Part shown: positions 9,401-18,470 of the stretch, in pieces
How the letters are laid out: each line of letters starts with the position of its first letter
Numbering within the stretch: the stretch's first letter is position 1
IMG/VR virus record: IMGVR_UViG_3300027898_000010
Location: 1-54,456 of that record
Length of the DNA: 54,456 bases
Strand: one strand, 5' to 3'
From: a virus
Lineage: Duplodnaviria > Caudoviricetes
The notes under the pieces: generated by a model
Told to the model about the DNA's origin: nothing
The model's database searches: none
What the model saw: only the letters and a program-made list of their open reading frames with translations
Made by a program: the position numbers and the translations under genes

Positions 9401-9978
9401 GGCAGTGCTCCTTCGATGGACTTCACAACCTTGCGGACCCGCGCGCGAATCGGACTGGCGGCCCTGTCGATCGATGATGTCTCGATGCCGCCGGCCACAG
9501 TGCAATCGGCGTCGAAAAGGATATCGGACGAGTGGATGCCGAGCCGGAGGAGCGCCGGGGCTTCCATGGGGATCAAGAATGCGGCGTCGCGGACCTCGAT
9601 CACCTTGGCTGCGCGCGCCGACGACCCGCTCTTGATCTCGTAGGTTTCGATCTGGCCGCCGGCAAGGACACCCGTCGCGACCTTACCGGACGTCACGCTG
9701 TTCTCGTTGCGCTCGATGAGGTCCATGCTCGCCACCGATCGGATGCCGCCGGTGTTGCCGTTGATGACGTGAGTGCGGCCCTTGAATGCCCCGTCAGCCC
9801 GGAAGGCAAGGATGCGGTCGGATAGCTCCGACTGCATCGTCTTGAGCCAGATATCCTGGCTTTCGGCATTCCAGCCGGCGAACGACCGGACATTGCTGAT
9901 CGAGCATTCAACGCGCCCGTCGGCCAAAGCCGGGCTCGCAAGTAGTAGGGCCGCCAGAAGGACGCGCATCATGTTCAA
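9397..9978 (-). CDS. Exported protein with Sec signal peptide
   Basis: MRVLLAALLLASPALA|D (AxA cleavage site). Confidence 0.7.
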   Translation of the reverse strand: MNMMRVLLAALLLASPALADGRVECSISNVRSFAGWNAESQDIWLKTMQSELSDRILAFRADGAFKGRTHVINGNTGGIRSVASMDLIERNENSVTSGKVATGVLAGGQIETYEIKSGSSARAAKVIEVRDAAFLIPMEAPALLRLGIHSSDILFDADCTVAGGIETSSIDRAASPIRARVRKVVKSIEGALP

Positions 9979-10071
9979 TTCCCTTTATGCTTCCGCTTCT
10001 GGGCCTCGGGGGCCTCCTTTTCGACGATGACAAACCAAGGCGCCGGGGCGCCCTGGCTACTCTCGCGGCGC

Positions 10072-10605
10072 TTAAACGACCCCAGCCAGGGCCTTAGCTG
10101 CGCCAGCGTCCTTAAGGACGGTGACGTAGGCTGCGGTGTTGCCGTTGTGGAGGAGGGCGTGGAGCTTGGCCAGATTGACCAGCAGGAGAGCGCCAGCACC
10201 AACGCTAGCGGCAGTAGCACCACTGGAGCGAAGCGGATCCAGAAAGGCCTTCAGCGTATCCGGGGCCGTACCGCCTCCCGCCTGCAGCTTCACATTCAAC
10301 TCGTTGAGCATCTGATCCACAGTGGCATCGCCAGTCGGGGTCAGCACGAAGGCGTTCGGGCTGACGACGGTGACGTTGGTCCCGTCAAATTTGATAGTGC
10401 CAGCCGACACGAGCGCATTGATGGCGTTCGTCAGCGCCGGATCGGGAGAGCCGGGCGTGGCGGGGATGCTGGCAGAGTTGCCGGGGGTACCAAGACCGGT
10501 GAAGGCGATCAGCTGATCCTGCGTCGCCGTGGAATTCGGCTGGGCATTCGAGAAGATCAGGATGGCATCGTTTAGGATGGTTGCGTCGAAGTTGGCGGTA
10601 GCCAT
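10072..10605 (-). CDS. Hypothetical (probably virion) protein
   Basis: AAGGAG RBS; Ala/Thr/Gly-rich; late operon. Confidence 0.7.
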   Translation of the reverse strand: MATANFDATILNDAILIFSNAQPNSTATQDQLIAFTGLGTPGNSASIPATPGSPDPALTNAINALVSAGTIKFDGTNVTVVSPNAFVLTPTGDATVDQMLNELNVKLQAGGGTAPDTLKAFLDPLRSSGATAASVGAGALLLVNLAKLHALLHNGNTAAYVTVLKDAGAAKALAGVV

Positions 10606-10645
10606 TGTCGTGTGCTCCTTGCGTGGGTTTTAAGTTAGGGGTGCG

Positions 10646-10870
10646 TCAGGCGCTCTCGGCCGCAGGCTCGACCAGCGTCGGCTTCGGGCGCTCGGCCTTC
10701 GCTTGTTCTGCATCGGCTGTTTCGACGGCCTTGGCCGCGTCGAATAGGCCGCGGATTGCGGAATAGGCGTTCATGCCAGAATCGAACTGATCGCCCGACA
10801 TCGTTTTGAGCCCAGCCTGCATCAGCAGGATGCAGTTACTCGCAAGTGGGTCGGTGAATTGCACCTTCAT
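10646..10870 (-). CDS. Small protein downstream of the tail spike
   Basis: GAAAGG RBS, ATG at 10870. Confidence 0.6.
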   Translation of the reverse strand: MKVQFTDPLASNCILLMQAGLKTMSGDQFDSGMNAYSAIRGLFDAAKAVETADAEQAKAERPKPTLVEPAAESA

Positions 10871-10881
10871 AGCGTGACCTT

Positions 10882-12528
10882 TCAATTGATCGGTTTGCCT
10901 TCGGCAAGGGCTGCCTCAAGCGTGATCGGTTCGGCAACGAGTGTGATGGTCTTTCCTTCAAGGCGCTCGATGCGCTGCACGAGGTCCTGATTGGCGGCCC
11001 AAAGAACAGCCAACATCGTGTCCTTGTCCAGGAAGTGGAAGTCGGACCACACACGCCCGTCCGGCGTGGTCTGGGGAATAGCGACGACAGCCTCGCCCAA
11101 TCCCGCATTACCCACATCCTGCGAGTAGAAGCCGATTTTTGGGCTGGTGTCGGCGCGACCGTCGTTCCACTGGTACATGACAGTGGGAACTTTCATAACC
11201 ATCGCGGAGGCATCGGCCGGATTCATCACACCGTTGTGGGTCTTTGCGCGACGATCCGAGTTAACGTCGATCTCGCCATGGCACGCGATGCGGTTGTCTA
11301 CCTCCATTCCCCAATAGCCATTCGGGGCGGTCGTGATGCCGAGCGCAGCGGTCCCGTTGTGATATGAATAGTTGCCGGACAGCGTGGCACCGTCGGCACG
11401 CGAGAAACGGCATTTGATCGTGCCGGGAGCGGTCGGGCCAACACCAAAGGCACCGGTCACATTCGTTGTAGAACCCGTGCCACCCAAGTTGATCGTGCCG
11501 CCCGTCGCGCCCTGATCGATGTTGATCGTCTTGGCAAACGCGGTGCTGCCGATATTGATGCCGCCGGTGCCGCAATTGACCGCGACCGATGTGGCGCCGG
11601 TCGTGTTGCCGATGGTGATCGGCTGTGCAGATGCGGCCGTGCCAATATTCAAAAAGCCCGTGGGGCCACAGTTTACACTGACGTTTGTGTTGATCGTCGT
11701 ATTGCCGATGTTGATGGTCTGAGCGTTTGCGCTCGTACCGATGGCAATGTTCGTTTGCGCGCTGTCGCCGATGATGACATTGCCGCCGGTCGGGGCGCGG
11801 AGATAGACGTTTCCGGTGCCCGCCTGAATGACAACGCTTGATGCGCCAGTCTGATTGCCGATGGTGATCGTTTTGGCGACAGCGTTGGAGCCGAAGCCGA
11901 GCGAGTTCGTGCCCAAGCTATCGAAGACGGTCGGACCTTGCCCGGTGAACGTGGCCGTCGCGCTATCCACTTGGAAGCGGGCGACGTTGTTCGTGACGAT
12001 GTTCAGCAGATTGGCGTCGGCCGTACCCAGCACGCCGGTCGCGGCGAAGGCGTTGCCACCCTGGTTAAATGTGGTCGAGCCACCAAGGCCGATGGCGGCC
12101 TGATAGAGACCGACGATAGCGACCGCGGGGGCTGCCACGTTGGTGACAATGGCAAAATATTCACGGGCAAACCCGGGCGAGACTTGAGTGGTGCCAGACA
12201 GCGTGACACCAGCGCCCGCACCGATGGTCAGAACGCCAGAATTGCTGTTCTGAATGGTAAGGTCGATAACGGTGCCGACGACGGCACCCGGAATGGCCGC
12301 TATGATGTTGGCGGCCGTGTCGGTGGTATCGGTGACGGATGCCGCGGCGGAGCGACTGATGACGCCACCGTAAATTTGTGCGGCAGTCAGCGTCACTCCG
12401 GCAGCGTTCGCGATGGCCGCCAGCGAGCCAATCAAGCCCGAAGCCGCAGGACCGATGATCGTATCGGTCCCCGCCTTCAGGTTCGTTGGCACGCCGGCAT
12501 TATTGTAGATCGGGGTGCGTATGGCCAT
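10882..12528 (-). CDS. Tail fibre/spike with C-terminal intramolecular chaperone (peptidase S74)
   Basis: Repeats of the type AxTIxIGNxTG; NSDRRAK...YQW...IGFYSQDV...AVLWAANQDLVQRIERLE. Confidence 0.85.
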   Translation of the reverse strand: MAIRTPIYNNAGVPTNLKAGTDTIIGPAASGLIGSLAAIANAAGVTLTAAQIYGGVISRSAAASVTDTTDTAANIIAAIPGAVVGTVIDLTIQNSNSGVLTIGAGAGVTLSGTTQVSPGFAREYFAIVTNVAAPAVAIVGLYQAAIGLGGSTTFNQGGNAFAATGVLGTADANLLNIVTNNVARFQVDSATATFTGQGPTVFDSLGTNSLGFGSNAVAKTITIGNQTGASSVVIQAGTGNVYLRAPTGGNVIIGDSAQTNIAIGTSANAQTINIGNTTINTNVSVNCGPTGFLNIGTAASAQPITIGNTTGATSVAVNCGTGGINIGSTAFAKTINIDQGATGGTINLGGTGSTTNVTGAFGVGPTAPGTIKCRFSRADGATLSGNYSYHNGTAALGITTAPNGYWGMEVDNRIACHGEIDVNSDRRAKTHNGVMNPADASAMVMKVPTVMYQWNDGRADTSPKIGFYSQDVGNAGLGEAVVAIPQTTPDGRVWSDFHFLDKDTMLAVLWAANQDLVQRIERLEGKTITLVAEPITLEAALAEGKPIN

Positions 12529-12561
12529 CGCTCTCGCTCCAGTGTTCGCGCTACGGCGCTA

Positions 12562-13041
12562 TTAGTTTGCGAAGAACGGACCGACACTGGTGTCGACCTT
12601 CAACGTGGTGGTGTCGATGGCGATACCAATCGGCGCCTGATACGAGCCCGACGCGGTCGGAGCTACGGTGGTCAGCTTGCCGGCCGTGGTCGGGTCGACG
12701 TAGTAGAGCGAGCCCGGAGTGAGCGCGGCTGACCCGGTGATGGTGAGCCACGTACCAAGGTTGATGTTACCGTAGGTTATAATGCGACCGACCGCGGCAG
12801 CCGCGATCGAGGCGTCGAACACCAGACCGATGGTCCGTGCGGTGCCAAGAGCCGACGCAACAGCAAGGTTCACGGAGTCGGCGCCGGAGATATACACGGC
12901 CTGCCCCTGCGTGATCGCGGCAGCATTCGCGTTGGACATGTTCTCGATGTCCTGCGCCACCATCGGGACGGCCAGGGTGTCGGTCGACTTCATGTTGCCC
13001 ATGATGCCGTTGTAATTGATGACGGGATTTACCTGTGCCAT
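12562..13041 (-). CDS. Virion decoration/cement-like protein (DUF2190-like)
   Basis: ITQGQAVYI...IGLV...LTPGSLYYV...GKLTTVAP...IGIA pattern. Confidence 0.6.
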   Translation of the reverse strand: MAQVNPVINYNGIMGNMKSTDTLAVPMVAQDIENMSNANAAAITQGQAVYISGADSVNLAVASALGTARTIGLVFDASIAAAAVGRIITYGNINLGTWLTITGSAALTPGSLYYVDPTTAGKLTTVAPTASGSYQAPIGIAIDTTTLKVDTSVGPFFAN

Positions 13042-13051
13042 TGACGTGCTC

Positions 13052-13618
13052 CTAGTTCATGAACGGGGGCTGGATATCCAGCGCGAGGGTTGAGGTCGAA
13101 GCGGCCACGCCGATACGCAACTGCACGGTGCCGGCCGCCGTCGGAACCGTCGTCGTAAGTTGACCCGGAGCGGATGCCGATAGCCAGTAGACGGCGCCAG
13201 GCACAAGACTGGCGGCGCCGGTGATGGCGGTCCAATCCGTCAGGGTCAGAGACTGAGGCGTTGCCTGGCCAGGGAACCCCGGAGACGCCGCCGATTCCGC
13301 CAAGCCGATGAGCCCAACGGCATTTGCGTAGCTGTCGGCCTGAGCAACCTGCATCTTGCCGGAATTGTCGATCCGCACGGGCTGCCCTGCCCCGATCGCG
13401 CTGGCGCCGACAGCAGCCGTCAAAATGGATGCGCTGGCACCCATGGGCTCCCAGGAGAAAGTTACCGGGTTCCAATCGTAATCCACCCCACCAGCGAAGG
13501 CGGTCCAGCCGGGCTGACCCGAGGGAATAGCCGTCTGCAGCGCGGCCAAAGAGGCGAACTGGCCAATATAGCCAGATGATCCGCCGGAACCCGATCCACC
13601 GTAAATTCCTACTGGCAT
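13052..13618 (-). CDS. Paralogue of the adjacent decoration-like protein with an N-terminal extension
   Basis: IGAGQPVRI...IGLA...WTAITGAASLVPGAVYWL...GQLTTTVP...IGVA. Confidence 0.6.
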   Translation of the reverse strand: MPVGIYGGSGSGGSSGYIGQFASLAALQTAIPSGQPGWTAFAGGVDYDWNPVTFSWEPMGASASILTAAVGASAIGAGQPVRIDNSGKMQVAQADSYANAVGLIGLAESAASPGFPGQATPQSLTLTDWTAITGAASLVPGAVYWLSASAPGQLTTTVPTAAGTVQLRIGVAASTSTLALDIQPPFMN

Positions 13619-13619
13619 A

Positions 13620-13892
13620 TCACGGCCCATACCAAGCGTTGACGTTCCCGGGCATGTCGAAGGTGCTCTTCACGAAGATGAGATCGCCCGCCGACGTGGT
13701 GAGCTGCGTTTCAAGATCCGGAAGCAGCTTCTGCGTGTTGTTGTTCTGTGCGACGGGCGGCATTGCCGCGCCGACGAAAATGAGCACCGGGAAACGCCCG
13801 GTGTTCGAAAGCACGGTGGGGTTAAGCGCGCCGTTGTTGATCTGCACCCAAACGTTGGGCGGCAACGGGTAATCGATCATCGTCGAACCCAT
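13620..13892 (-). CDS. Small virion protein
   Basis: Tightly packed in the operon; beta-rich sequence. Confidence 0.65.
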   Translation of the reverse strand: MGSTMIDYPLPPNVWVQINNGALNPTVLSNTGRFPVLIFVGAAMPPVAQNNNTQKLLPDLETQLTTSAGDLIFVKSTFDMPGNVNAWYGP

Positions 13893-14242
13893 CAGCGAGT
13901 CTCCCCGTTGGCGGTTTTGACGATGGTTTTAAAGGTCGCCTCGCGCGCAACGACGTCCGACTGCAAGTTGGTCAGAGTGGCGATGGCATCGCCCTCGGAC
14001 CTCTCCTTGCAACCGTAGCCGTCCTCAAGCTCGTGCACAGAGTAGAACTGCCCGCGCTTGCGCTCGGGCAGGCACTTTGCCGGCACTTTTTTAACCAGCA
14101 GATTCGGAGCGATCGGCGCCGGCTCAATGACTTTTGAGAGGTGCACTTCCTGGGCGGGGTGTGAGCACGCGCTCAACAGGAATGCGGCAGCTGCTGCAAT
14201 CAGCGGGAAGGGGCTTCTCTTCTCGTGCGGCTTGTACGGCAT
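13892..14242 (-). CDS. o-spanin (Rz1-like lipoprotein)
   Basis: Lipobox LLSAC after a hydrophobic stretch; overlaps the 3' end of the i-spanin. Confidence 0.75.
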   Translation of the reverse strand: MPYKPHEKRSPFPLIAAAAAFLLSACSHPAQEVHLSKVIEPAPIAPNLLVKKVPAKCLPERKRGQFYSVHELEDGYGCKERSEGDAIATLTNLQSDVVAREATFKTIVKTANGETR

Positions 14243-14546
14243 TCAGCTGCTCCTGGAATTCACGCTTGGTCTGCTCGAGCGTTTCGGCATGCTGCTTATC
14301 GGCAGCCGCTACGCGGGAACGCGCGGTCTGTTCTGATTTTTCGAGCGCCGCATTGATCGCCGCTAGCTTCTTCTGCCATTCGGTGTCGCGAGCCCCTTCG
14401 GCTGCGATGACGGCGGAATGCACGAGCGAGACATGGACGGTTACGAGCGAGGCGGCAGCTACGCCGATCGCAATCAGGGCGATGCCGATTTTTCCACCGG
14501 GAACGACCCCGGTAATCGCGTCCCCAATCGTGCTCCCGATCGACAT
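14124..14546 (-). CDS. i-spanin (Rz-like)
   Basis: N-terminal TM segment, coiled coil, C-terminal Cys; directly after the endolysin. Confidence 0.75.
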   Translation of the reverse strand: MSIGSTIGDAITGVVPGGKIGIALIAIGVAAASLVTVHVSLVHSAVIAAEGARDTEWQKKLAAINAALEKSEQTARSRVAAADKQHAETLEQTKREFQEQLNAVQAAREEKPLPADCSSCRIPVERVLTPRPGSAPLKSH

Positions 14547-14556
14547 GGCATGCTCG

Positions 14557-15642
14557 CTATCTGCTCAAATCTAACCCGAGTTGATGCTTCAAAACCCGTC
14601 GCGCTTCCCGGCTATGCGCCAGGTGCCAAAGCCATGAGGCGAAGGCGAACCCGGCAATATAGAGGAACACGCGCTGCGACTGGCTGCTGCTGCTCGGAAG
14701 GCCCACGCGAGACATGAGGGATGTCGCTTTGTCAGCGGTAGCTAAAAGGCCGTCAATCGCACCGCCGTTGAAAAAGTGATCGATGGTGGCCAAAATGCTG
14801 CCGCCAGCCATAACCTGAGCCGCCGTCTTTTGTGCGCGGGCATCCCTGACGTCGGTGGAACCCAAATCGGCCAAGTCGTCTGACGTTGCATTGGCGCGCG
14901 ATTCCGGGAGGGGGAAGCGCTTTGCGTCGGGGGAGTGGAGGGTATCCCGGGTCGCCGGATCGATGACGCCGGTGACCGGAAGGTTATGCTGATCCTGGAA
15001 CGTCAGAACGGCAGATCGCGTGATTGCCCCATGATCGCCGTCCTCGGCCCCAGCGCGATAACCAAGCTCGTTCAGCCGTACCTGCGAGAGGCGGCAAGCG
15101 TGCTCCTTGGCTTCGATGCAGACCTGGGCCGTGCGGTTCTGCCAGCCGTGCAGGAATTCACGGTCCTTCGGGCGTCGCTCGGCAAGGGTGACACAGAAGC
15201 TAGAGCGCTGCTCGGCGATGTTGTCGACGACGGAGGGAATGTCGGCGCCATTCGCTGCGGCCACGTCGTCGTCGTTAAGGTGCCCCGTGTCAGGACGCCC
15301 GAGCGATCGCTGCAGGAATAGCGTGGCCTGCTTGATACCGAACAAGGTGGCGCTATCCACGGCGATCAGGTCGATTCCAGGCGGCAAGTCATCGCCGCGA
15401 ATCGGCGTCCACTTTCTCGCCATGTAGTATTTCGATAGCTCGTCGCGCGTGACGCGCCGGAGCTTTGCCACGATAGCTGGATCCCAATTGCGATCCTCGC
15501 ATTGAGGCAGACCGTGGAAGGCGCAATATTCGTTGTAAGTATAACCACTTAGGGTTGGTCCGCCGCTGTCGGCGGGGTTGTTGTCCCAACCGCCCTCCTT
15601 CTCCAGGATGGCGGCAAAGGCGATCGGCCAGGCGTCCCTCAT
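14557..15642 (-). CDS. Endolysin: GH108 domain, peptidoglycan-binding domains, hydrophobic C-terminus
   Basis: EGGWDNNPADSGGPT (GH108); FLHGWQNR; LNELGY...DGDHGAITRSAVLTFQDQHNLPVTGVID. Confidence 0.9.
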   Translation of the reverse strand: MRDAWPIAFAAILEKEGGWDNNPADSGGPTLSGYTYNEYCAFHGLPQCEDRNWDPAIVAKLRRVTRDELSKYYMARKWTPIRGDDLPPGIDLIAVDSATLFGIKQATLFLQRSLGRPDTGHLNDDDVAAANGADIPSVVDNIAEQRSSFCVTLAERRPKDREFLHGWQNRTAQVCIEAKEHACRLSQVRLNELGYRAGAEDGDHGAITRSAVLTFQDQHNLPVTGVIDPATRDTLHSPDAKRFPLPESRANATSDDLADLGSTDVRDARAQKTAAQVMAGGSILATIDHFFNGGAIDGLLATADKATSLMSRVGLPSSSSQSQRVFLYIAGFAFASWLWHLAHSREARRVLKHQLGLDLSR

Positions 15643-16649
15643 GATGCCCCCCCGCGCACATCGGCGGCGAACTCCGCCAAGACGGCATCCACGTTGGCCC
15701 CTGAGCCCAAGGCATCGAGGGCGCGGCTCTTGGCCCCGTCGATGGCGAGGATTTCGTGATGAGCCGCGGCGCGGCGCACCAGAATGTCGGCTCGATAGTC
15801 ATCGAGCGATAGTCCGGCAGCCGCGGCGCCGTCACGAAGCATGTTCAAAGACGCATCGCTGCCCCGGATTGAGCGCGTGGCGGCCTCGGCGCGAACCTCG
15901 TCGGCCTCCGACCAGAGAGCCTTCGTTGCCGCCGTGGCTGCCTCCAGGACCGCCTGCGCCGCATCGCGAGCGTCAAAGACCGGCCGCACGGGAGAAGTAC
16001 CCCCGGCACCCTGCGGAGCGGTCACTGCCGCAGGGGCCGGGAGCGGTTGGCCCAGCACGCCGGGGATAGCCGACGAGGTGTGGTCCAGGCCAATTCTGTT
16101 GATGGGGACGGGCTGAGCCGTGGAAGGATTTTCCACATTCGGGGCCTGCTGACTGGGGGCGCCGTAGATGGTGACGTGGTGCGAAGCGGTGGCGGGCGCA
16201 GCCGGAGGGCTCTGCACGACGACAACGGTTGGCTGCGCCGCAGTGGGCGCGGCGGCGGAGGGCTGGCTGGCAACGCGGGGGCGGGCCTTCCACCAGCGAT
16301 CATCACGGAAGTCCGCTGGAATCGGCGCCATGACGGACAGCGCCCGAGAGCACGCGCGCAAGGCATCGATCTCGTATCCCATCTGATCGGCCGCAGATCC
16401 TCCCTCGCGGAGTAGCGTCATCTGCCGGTGGGCCGGATAAAGCGCAAGTATGCGTCGGCGGCATTCGTCTTTGACCGCAGCCTCGGTTGGCGCGGCCGAA
16501 GTCTGCAAGAGCGATCCGTCGGCGCCAACGGCCATGCCAGCGACGACGGTGCCTGCTGGCGCTTGGCGCGTATCTGCGTCGGCAGGAACTCCGTGCCCCC
16601 CGCGCCAAACGTGGGAGACGGCGCCATTCAAGACAAGGAATTGGTCCAT
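15639..16649 (-). CDS. Tail-fibre-associated/assembly protein with Pro/Ala linker
   Basis: Follows the fibre gene; VKDECRRRIL...IPADFRDDRWW resembles fibre-assembly proteins. Confidence 0.6.
   Translation of the reverse strand: MDQFLVLNGAVSHVWRGGHGVPADADTRQAPAGTVVAGMAVGADGSLLQTSAAPTEAAVKDECRRRILALYPAHRQMTLLREGGSAADQMGYEIDALRACSRALSVMAPIPADFRDDRWWKARPRVASQPSAAAPTAAQPTVVVVQSPPAAPATASHHVTIYGAPSQQAPNVENPSTAQPVPINRIGLDHTSSAIPGVLGQPLPAPAAVTAPQGAGGTSPVRPVFDARDAAQAVLEAATAATKALWSEADEVRAEAATRSIRGSDASLNMLRDGAAAAGLSLDDYRADILVRRAAAHHEILAIDGAKSRALDALGSGANVDAVLAEFAADVRGGAS
16121..16135. promoter_or_regulatory. Intragenic operator copy TGGAA-GGATT-TTCCA
   Basis: Perfect match to the dispersed palindrome, extended by CATT like other copies. 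Confidence 0.6.
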
Positions 16650-16651
16650 GA

Positions 16652-18082
16652 TTACCCCAGTGAGATCGTAGTTATTTCAACCATGCCGTAGACCTCGTTG
16701 ACGCCCGGAAGCGACGCGGCCAAGCCCAAGATGGTCGCGCTTGTGAAGCCTGCAATGATGAAGTGAAGCTCGAACGGCGTGCCGGCGGCAGGCGACGTCA
16801 CAACGCCGCGAACCTCAAGCCATTCATCGTCGCCAACCGTGCCGCCGTCGGTGACGATGGGATTGCCGGTCAGCGCCGCAACGGCAACGTTCGTCGATAC
16901 GAACTTTGCGACTGCGCCAGTAAATGACCCCGTAACTTTGCGCTTGGCCCGGATCAAGAATTTGCCCTTCGGCAGCATGATCTGGTTGCCGGCGAGCGTC
17001 AGTCCGGCGATGTTGGAAAAGTCGATGGTGTTGAGGTTAGCGCGCGTCTCGACACCGGATGAGGGTGTCGATCCATGTGCCGTCAGAGACGCAGTTCCCG
17101 AGACGTACTCGTCGCGAATAACGGCAACGCTAGCGAGCGTGCTTGTCGAGCTTGCCGAGACTGCAGATGCAATCAGATCCTTGATGATGTCGAAGCGGTT
17201 CACCCATTGCGTGCCGGAATAGATCAGAGTGCGGGGCGCCGACGTTGAGACCCCCGCCGCATTCGTCCCCGTCTCAAGCTCATCGAGAACAACGCATTCG
17301 TCTCCGGTGGATGGCCGATGCACGGTAAAAGTCCCGTCTCCCCGGCTCGTATAGATGGCATCGACCAGGAACCCGGTCGCGGCAGTCGACGGCATCAGGT
17401 AGGACAAGCCGACGGCAGCAGCGGGCGGGGGCGTCGTCTGCTGCCGGGTTTGAGCCACATAGTAGCTGGGGGTTGGTGCCGTTTGAGCAATGACCCGATA
17501 GCCAGCGCCAGTGGCCAAGATGAGGGTCGTTGATCCGCTGCCGGTAATGGCGATCGCGCTCCCTTGCCCCGCGATGGGCAGCGCGACGACACCGCCAGGG
17601 CCATCGCTGGTGATGCCGATGATCCGACCAGCCGTAACAGTGCTGATGTCCGGCAGCTGTGCGATGACAGCCGCCGATGACGACGGAATATCGATCACGG
17701 AGCCAAAATCAGCCGGAGCGATCGAGACGGACGTGCCGGTCCTGGACGTCACCGAAAACGACGGGGCCGCGAAGGCGGAAGCCGAAGCCACAGCATCGGG
17801 AGAGGCGAGCACGAGGCCATCAATCGTGCGCGTGGTCCCGTTCGGCCAGGTGATGGTGGCCCGATAGGAGCGTCCGGTGGGGGTAAGCCAGAGCGGCGGG
17901 AGGCGGCCAAAGCTGTCGGCCGCGACCGATGTGCCCCATGCCGCGAGTGGATCAAGGGCGGGGGATTTGAAGGCGGTCAACGGGAGATTTGTCTGGCCGT
18001 CGGTGAACGCAACAGACCAGCCTGAGAGCGGGCCGCTGTGGTCGACGAACTGCGTGATCGGCAGGATGAACGGCGCGGACAT
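16652..18082 (-). CDS. Tail fibre/tailspike protein
   Basis: N-terminus (VDHSGPLSG...ADSFGRLPPLWL) resembles podophage particle-attachment domains; Thr/Ser/Gly-rich. ATG at 18082 preferred. Confidence 0.7.
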   Translation of the reverse strand: MSAPFILPITQFVDHSGPLSGWSVAFTDGQTNLPLTAFKSPALDPLAAWGTSVAADSFGRLPPLWLTPTGRSYRATITWPNGTTRTIDGLVLASPDAVASASAFAAPSFSVTSRTGTSVSIAPADFGSVIDIPSSSAAVIAQLPDISTVTAGRIIGITSDGPGGVVALPIAGQGSAIAITGSGSTTLILATGAGYRVIAQTAPTPSYYVAQTRQQTTPPPAAAVGLSYLMPSTAATGFLVDAIYTSRGDGTFTVHRPSTGDECVVLDELETGTNAAGVSTSAPRTLIYSGTQWVNRFDIIKDLIASAVSASSTSTLASVAVIRDEYVSGTASLTAHGSTPSSGVETRANLNTIDFSNIAGLTLAGNQIMLPKGKFLIRAKRKVTGSFTGAVAKFVSTNVAVAALTGNPIVTDGGTVGDDEWLEVRGVVTSPAAGTPFELHFIIAGFTSATILGLAASLPGVNEVYGMVEITTISLG

Positions 18083-18131
18083 GAGTATCCCGTGGGTGGG
18101 GGGCGGATACGCACGCGACAAAGGGAGAGGA

Positions 18132-18470
18132 TTACGACGGCAGACGAGGTGGGCGCGGATCGCGGAAGGCGTTAGGCTGCATTTCGTTGCGGTCACCGCC
18201 GGAGAGAATGCCAGACTGCTGCTCCATCTTCTTCTTGAGCAGGGCCTGCTGGTAGAACGGCGACGCGAGCGGCGTTAGTTCCGCCGGGATGGCCTGCGGA
18301 GGAGCCGGCATTGGTGGAGGTGGCATCATCGCTCCAGACTGCGGCCCCATCGGAGGGCCGCCGGGAGGAGGGCCAGACGGGTGCATCATGGGCGGACCAG
18401 GGGCCGGGCCACCAGGACCGCCGGGACCAGGCGGGCCACCAGCAAAGGCATTCATGCGGGGGTCCATCAT
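18132..18470 (-). CDS. Pro/Gly-rich low-complexity protein
   Basis: ATGA coupling to the upstream gene. Confidence 0.55.
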   Translation of the reverse strand: MMDPRMNAFAGGPPGPGGPGGPAPGPPMMHPSGPPPGGPPMGPQSGAMMPPPPMPAPPQAIPAELTPLASPFYQQALLKKKMEQQSGILSGGDRNEMQPNAFRDPRPPRLPS

